A stretch of 48,780 bases of DNA from a virus (Duplodnaviria; Caudoviricetes). Position numbers and translations under genes: made by a program. Below, piece by piece: positions 44,698-48,780 of the stretch. The DNA lies in the IMG/VR virus record IMGVR_UViG_3300044468_000005, positions 1-48,780 of that record. The stretch is one strand, 5' to 3'. Numbering within the stretch: the first letter of the stretch is position 1; every line of letters starts with the position of its first letter. Below the pieces are notes generated by a model. That model ran no database searches. It was not told the origin of the DNA and saw only the letters and a program-made list of their open reading frames with translations.

Positions 44698-44857
44698 CGC
44701 ATCACCTCCACGATGAGCCAAAACGTTGCGCCCATCGCGACAATCACGACAGCCAAGCACGCTAGGTCCTTGTTCATCGCATCACCTCCGAGCACAGCGT
44801 GAACACAGCTGCTGACAGCAGCGCGAACATGAACATGACGACATGGTCGCTGGTCAT
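44694..44857 (-). CDS. Two tandem 27-aa single-TM microproteins (44774-44857 and 44694-44777)
   Basis: MTSDHVVMFMFALLSAAVFTLCSEVMR and MNKDLACLAVVIVAMGATFWLIVEVMR; both end in GGAGGTGATGCGATGA (RBS plus ATGA coupling). Confidence 0.55.
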
Positions 44858-45366
44858 ATCTCCCTCCACGCTCTCGGAAGCAAGTCATACCTACGGGTGA
44901 TACGCACTGCCCAGCCACGAATATCCCCGCTGAGCGGCACGGCTGTGCGCCACGTGTCTTCGATGAACTGCCCGAGCTCAGCGATGCGCTCGTGAACCGG
45001 CGTCTGGTCGATGGCCTTGTCGTGCAGGTCAGCGAGCGTCTGCAGCGTCTGCGCGAGCGTCTGTAGGCGCCCCGCGTTGCGCGCTTCGACGTCGGTCACA
45101 TGGGCTCGCCACCAGCCAAAGAGCACGCCGAGCGGCGTCGCAGCTTCCGTGCGCGGGTCTTTCACGCGGTCCGCAACGTCTGCGGGCGCGAGCATCGAGC
45201 CATCCGGTGCGAGCAGCAGTGACGGGAACGCATCGAACTCGACCGGGCGATACGCCTCGAGCGTGGCGAGCACCTCGCAGCACGCACGCCACTGCGCGAC
45301 GCGAATATCGCGCCCGTCCTCGCAGTTCAGCACGCACGCCATCAGCTGGCCCCAGTCAATGCGCAT
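44854..45366 (-). CDS. Hypothetical protein downstream of the replication initiator
   Basis: Coupled ORF with GGAGG RBS. Confidence 0.6.
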   Translation of the reverse strand: MRIDWGQLMACVLNCEDGRDIRVAQWRACCEVLATLEAYRPVEFDAFPSLLLAPDGSMLAPADVADRVKDPRTEAATPLGVLFGWWRAHVTDVEARNAGRLQTLAQTLQTLADLHDKAIDQTPVHERIAELGQFIEDTWRTAVPLSGDIRGWAVRITRRYDLLPRAWREI

Positions 45367-46300
45367 CGCTGCCCCCTCCGAAGCGCGCACGCTCCTCGGC
45401 TGCGAGAGCGCGATAACGCTCCATGTCTTTCGCCTTGATGGCCTCGGCCTGCTGCGCCTGCAGCTGCTCGCGCTCGCTCAGTCCGTTGCCCGCTGGCGCA
45501 TCGAGTAGCGCGCCGAACCGAGCGGCGAACGTGGCGTAGGGGGCCCGCCGCGTGATGTCTTCCGGCGGCTGCGCCGCCCAGCGCTCGAACACCTGCTCGA
45601 GCAAGACCAGCGGCTCGACCCCTCGGGCCTCGGCTGTGCCCACGAGCCGATCGGCAAAATCCTCCACCACCTCACCGCCGCCGAGATACGGGACCACGGC
45701 GAACCTGGCGCGGTAGAGCTCAGTGAATCTCTCTTGAATCTCTGGGGCAGAATGCCCCCTTGCCTCACGCGCGCGCGCACGCGTCAAAGGCGCGCGAGCG
45801 CCTTTGGTCCCATTCCCATTCCCATTCCCATTCCCAGAAGATCCTGGAAATCCCGGTACGAGTACCAGGCCTTCCCGTGCCTTACTCGGTTGTTCCTGAG
45901 CCTGGCCGAGGTCGGCCTGAGCCGTTCCCGGGCTTTCCTGGGTAATACTGGAATCCGCTGACGGCGGAGGCGGTATCCTACTGTCGGGCTCCTTATGATT
46001 CGGAGATTGATGTTCCCGGAACGTGCGAACGAGGCCGTAAGTCCGCCCGGCAACGTCGTACCGAATCACGAAACGTCCGTCCTCGAGTGCGGCTAGCACG
46101 AGCTCGAAATCGCCGTCCCAGTAAGGGAGAATCAGCGAACGCAGCGCACGCGGTCGCCACTCGAAGCGACCTTCTTTGTCCGCATACATCCAGAGCCCGG
46201 TGAAGGCCCGGTACAAGGGCAGCCCAGTGCGCTGCTCAGCGTCCCAGAGCTCTTCGTCCGACAGCACCTCGGGTTTGATGTTGCGGATCCTCGCTCTCAT
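45356..46300 (-). CDS. Phage replication initiator / replisome organiser
   Basis: RIRNIKPE...GLWMYADKEGR...F.EHQ N-terminal domain; GNGNGNGN linker. Confidence 0.82.
   Translation of the reverse strand: MRARIRNIKPEVLSDEELWDAEQRTGLPLYRAFTGLWMYADKEGRFEWRPRALRSLILPYWDGDFELVLAALEDGRFVIRYDVAGRTYGLVRTFREHQSPNHKEPDSRIPPPPSADSSITQESPGTAQADLGQAQEQPSKAREGLVLVPGFPGSSGNGNGNGNGTKGARAPLTRARAREARGHSAPEIQERFTELYRARFAVVPYLGGGEVVEDFADRLVGTAEARGVEPLVLLEQVFERWAAQPPEDITRRAPYATFAARFGALLDAPAGNGLSEREQLQAQQAEAIKAKDMERYRALAAEERARFGGGSDAH
45785..46020. repeat. Candidate replication origin inside the initiator gene
   Basis: Hairpin CAAAGGCGC-GCGA-GCGCCTTTG (45785-45806), (TCCCAT)4 at 45808-45836, recurring WTCCYG motifs. 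Confidence 0.45.
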
Positions 46301-47025
46301 GACGCATCCCCATCGAGCTCGAGCTGCTCAGCCTGCCCAGCGCTCTCAGCGAATAATGGCGGCGTGAACCCGCGCGCCAGGCGCTTGCGCGCAATCTCAT
46401 AGTGCTCGGGCATGCACTCTGCGCCAATGGCGCGCCTGCCTTCCTGCAGCGCTGCGAGAAGCGTTGTGCCACCGCCTGCGCAGGGGTCGCAGACGAGGTC
46501 ACCCGGGCGGGTGTAGTCGCGGATAATGGCGCGCATGAGCCACAAAGGTTTGCACCCGAGCACGCCATTCCGGCCTTCGATCATCGGCACTACATAGCCG
46601 CCCGGCAACGAGCCCCAGCGCTGCATACGCTGCGTCTTCGGCCGCGCGACTACAGCCCAGACCGACCATTGCGTGGGCCCATCGCCGACGAGGCGCACGC
46701 GCGAGCCGGGCTCCATACACGCAATCGGCGCGAACACATAACGCCCGATGCGCTCAAGCGCATCAGCCCATGCAGGCGCGAGCACGTGATCTGTCAGCGT
46801 GACAAACCAGCCACGCGTGCGCGGGGCCCACGCAGCGACGAGCTGATCGATCGCTGCGCTCGTGAACGAGTCATAGCTCAGCGCGCGCCGCCCGATCGCA
46901 GCCATGTCCCTGTAAGCGCGATGCGTCCGATCGCTGTACGGCGCATCGACGATCAAGGCATCGATCTGCTCGACGTCTACGAGCACGTCTTGCCAGCGCC
47001 CCAGTCGTAGATCCGCCGGGCTCAT
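46297..47025 (-). CDS. DNA N6-adenine/N4-cytosine methyltransferase (beta class)
   Basis: IVDAPY (DPPY-like), KPLWLM and DPCAGGGTT.AA...R.AIGAE. Confidence 0.88.
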   Translation of the reverse strand: MSPADLRLGRWQDVLVDVEQIDALIVDAPYSDRTHRAYRDMAAIGRRALSYDSFTSAAIDQLVAAWAPRTRGWFVTLTDHVLAPAWADALERIGRYVFAPIACMEPGSRVRLVGDGPTQWSVWAVVARPKTQRMQRWGSLPGGYVVPMIEGRNGVLGCKPLWLMRAIIRDYTRPGDLVCDPCAGGGTTLLAALQEGRRAIGAECMPEHYEIARKRLARGFTPPLFAESAGQAEQLELDGDAS

Positions 47026-47432
47026 AGTGCACCACGCCGAAACGCGAGCACCATCTGGAGGCCCATTTCATCGCTGGTGGAGCGACATTTCGCGAGCGCC
47101 CCGAAGATGCTCTCGAGCGCTCGCTCCCCTGTCACGAAGAGGGGGCGCCCTTTGGCGAGCGCATAGCCGATCTCGATCGCAGTGCCCATCGAGCGCCCGC
47201 GCTCTGTGGGCCACAGCGCCCAGACCACGTCAGCACAGTCGATGCCTCTGAGGTCAGCGCGCGCGTATTGCAGCTGCTGTTCGGCCGAAAGCACCGAGTC
47301 ATGCGGCATGTCTGGGTCCTCGACCGACTGCCACCAGCGGTGCGTAATCTCGAGATGGTGCAGCTCAAGCGCTTCGGCCCAGTGCTTCACGCGCGGCAGT
47401 TCAGCCGAAGGACCCGCAAGGTAGATTCGCAT
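47022..47432 (-). CDS. Nucleoside 2-deoxyribosyltransferase-like protein
   Basis: IYLAGP...DL..I..AD...GTAIEIGYA.A.G.P. Confidence 0.85.
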   Translation of the reverse strand: MRIYLAGPSAELPRVKHWAEALELHHLEITHRWWQSVEDPDMPHDSVLSAEQQLQYARADLRGIDCADVVWALWPTERGRSMGTAIEIGYALAKGRPLFVTGERALESIFGALAKCRSTSDEMGLQMVLAFRRGAL

Positions 47433-47444
47433 CGCATCACCCCT

Positions 47445-47687
47445 TCAGGCGCATTGCCGTACGACCATCGAGCCGTCGCCTGTGAGCAGCCATGTCGGCG
47501 ATACGCCGCACACGCGAGCGATGGTGCGCACCATGCTCAGCGCCGGCTCTTGCTCGCCCCACTCATAGCGAAAGATGGTCTGCGAGCAGCGCCCAACCTG
47601 CTCGGCGAGCTGCCGCCCAGAGAGCCCGGCATGTTCGCGCGCCTTGCGCAAGCGCATCCCGAGGCCAGACATTCCGAGGCCCGACAT
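47445..47687 (-). CDS. cro: Cro-like XRE HTH regulator
   Basis: RLRKAREHAGLSGRQLAEQVG..QTIFRYEWG..EP...WLLTG; first gene of the replication operon. Confidence 0.8.
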   Translation of the reverse strand: MSGLGMSGLGMRLRKAREHAGLSGRQLAEQVGRCSQTIFRYEWGEQEPALSMVRTIARVCGVSPTWLLTGDGSMVVRQCA

Positions 47688-47701
47688 GATGCAAGGAAGA
47701 C

Positions 47702-47790
47702 TACACACCAGATGTTTAGTCAAGAACAGATTTCATGAGCCGGCTTGCTAGCGTTCCGTTGTAGGGGCACTACTAGACACGTTATGTCTA
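47702..47790. promoter_or_regulatory. Immunity-region operators TAGACA-N5-TGTYTA
   Basis: TACACA-ccaga-TGTTTA (47702-47718) and TAGACA-cgtta-TGTCTA (47774-47790) between divergent HTH genes. Confidence 0.75.
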
Positions 47791-48245
47791 AAGCCGTGCC
47801 GAGCATGCCAGGAAGCGCACCAAGGGGTTTCGCTGAGCGCCTCGTCCTCGCGCGTGAGGCAGCTGGCTTGCGCCAGGTTGACCTCGCTGACGCGATAGGC
47901 GTGCGCGCGCAAACGCAATATAGGTTCGAGCGCAAGGGCCATTTCCCCAGCCGCCCAACCTTGCTGCGCATGCTGCAGGTGCTCGACGTGACCGAAGCGT
48001 GGCTAGTGCAAGGCCTAGGTCCGGGCCCAGGCGCGCCTCGGCTCTCGAGTGCGATAGACGCATACCTGCGCAGCCAACTAGGCGCAGACACACCCCCTGA
48101 TGTAGCTAGCGCTCTGCGTGACGTGCCCCAAAGCGTCTACGGCATGCCTACCCCGAATGCCCGCAGCATTCACCGCGTTCGCGAGGCCATTGAAATGAAC
48201 TTGGCATTTGCGCGACAACACACTGATGGGGCGGACAGGCGATAG
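47784..48245 (+). CDS. cI: CI-like XRE repressor lacking an S24 peptidase domain
   Basis: RLVLAREAAGLRQVDLADAIGV..QT.YRFE...P...WLVQG plus a helical C-terminal domain; divergent from cro. Confidence 0.78.
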   Translation: MSKAVPSMPGSAPRGFAERLVLAREAAGLRQVDLADAIGVRAQTQYRFERKGHFPSRPTLLRMLQVLDVTEAWLVQGLGPGPGAPRLSSAIDAYLRSQLGADTPPDVASALRDVPQSVYGMPTPNARSIHRVREAIEMNLAFARQHTDGADRR

Positions 48246-48504
48246 CGTTACTGCGGGGGCAGTGCGCGAATACCTTGCATCGGACGTCGGGCGAAGCACG
48301 TCAGCGCGCACCGCGCGCAGATTGCTGGAGACCGACCTGCGCGCACTACGCGTCGATCCCTGCGCTGCAGTCGCGCTTGCGCAAGTGCACGTCTGTCGTG
48401 AGCTATTCGAGCGACTCGAGCTCGACGCGCTCTGCGCCAACGATCAGCACAGCACCCCTGCCTCGACGCGCCCAGCGCTACGCCCTCTGCGCCTGATTCG
48501 CTAG
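48226..48504 (+). CDS. Stand-alone paralogue of the repressor C-terminal domain
   Basis: AVREYLASDVGRSTSARTARRL aligns with repressor AIDAYLRSQLGADTPPDVASAL. Confidence 0.65.
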   Translation: MGRTGDSVTAGAVREYLASDVGRSTSARTARRLLETDLRALRVDPCAAVALAQVHVCRELFERLELDALCANDQHSTPASTRPALRPLRLIR

Positions 48505-48621
48505 CCAGCGCACAAAAGGCAGGCTCGCGTTCGCCATTTTCGCCCCCTGCGCGATCTGCAAAAACACGCGTGATGACTACATTTTTTATGTAGATCACGC
48601 CGTGCAAATGTTCGCCACTAG

Positions 48622-48656
48622 TAGACATCTAGTCATAGGATGTTTATTATGGGTTC
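48622..48656 (+). promoter_or_regulatory. Early promoter (leaderless) with an operator across its spacer
   Basis: TAGACA-17-TATTAT-6-ATG(48657, equal to position 4); TAGTCA-tagga-TGTTTA at 48630-48646. Confidence 0.75.
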
Positions 48657-48780
48657 ATGCAGTTGCGAATCCACAGCGTCACGAAGCTTGAGCCCGACAC
48701 CTTCGACGTCGCCCTCGTCGCGCCTGGCATCGCAGTGAGCGCGAGCCTCGAGGTGCACTGGTCTGGGCGCCCTGGTGCTT

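Noticed and set aside
48654-48780. Biological terminal repeat defining the packaging ends
   Set aside because: The exact 127-nt length and the cut through a gene point to assembler overlap rather than virion ends.

Overview
The window appears to be a complete, circularly assembled, GC-rich temperate phage genome of about 48,653 bp; bases 1-127 recur exactly at 48654-48780. It has a contractile tail. Layout: (i) rightward early/recombination arm with YqaJ, RecT, a DnaQ-like exonuclease, excisionase, tyrosine integrase and probable attP; (ii) small accessory operons plus ParB-N and a Mom-family DNA modifier; (iii) a long leftward morphogenesis arm; (iv) an accessory island (about 28.0-35.1 kb) splitting the head module; (v) leftward replication/modification genes and a cro/cI switch. 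Main results: (1) a stand-alone RAMP/Cas7-like gene (29400-30098) is followed directly by two non-coding arrays of GGY-NN pentamers grouped into guide-sized units. This looks like a compact RNA-guided system with no CRISPR repeats or other cas genes and resembles VIPR-type systems as I recall them. (2) A 76-nt tRNA-Gly(CCC)-like cloverleaf ending in CCA is hidden in the 3' end of the mom gene, possibly a dedicated glycyl donor for adenine hypermodification. (3) An unassigned, highly structured RNA of about 260 nt lies downstream of hicAB. (4) A shared repressor-type operator links the RAMP operon to the lysis/lysogeny switch. (5) A free-standing copy of the repressor C-terminal domain follows cI. 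(6) The MuF protein is fused to an HExxH peptidase. All family calls come from motif recognition by eye; no database search was run, and the host is undetermined.
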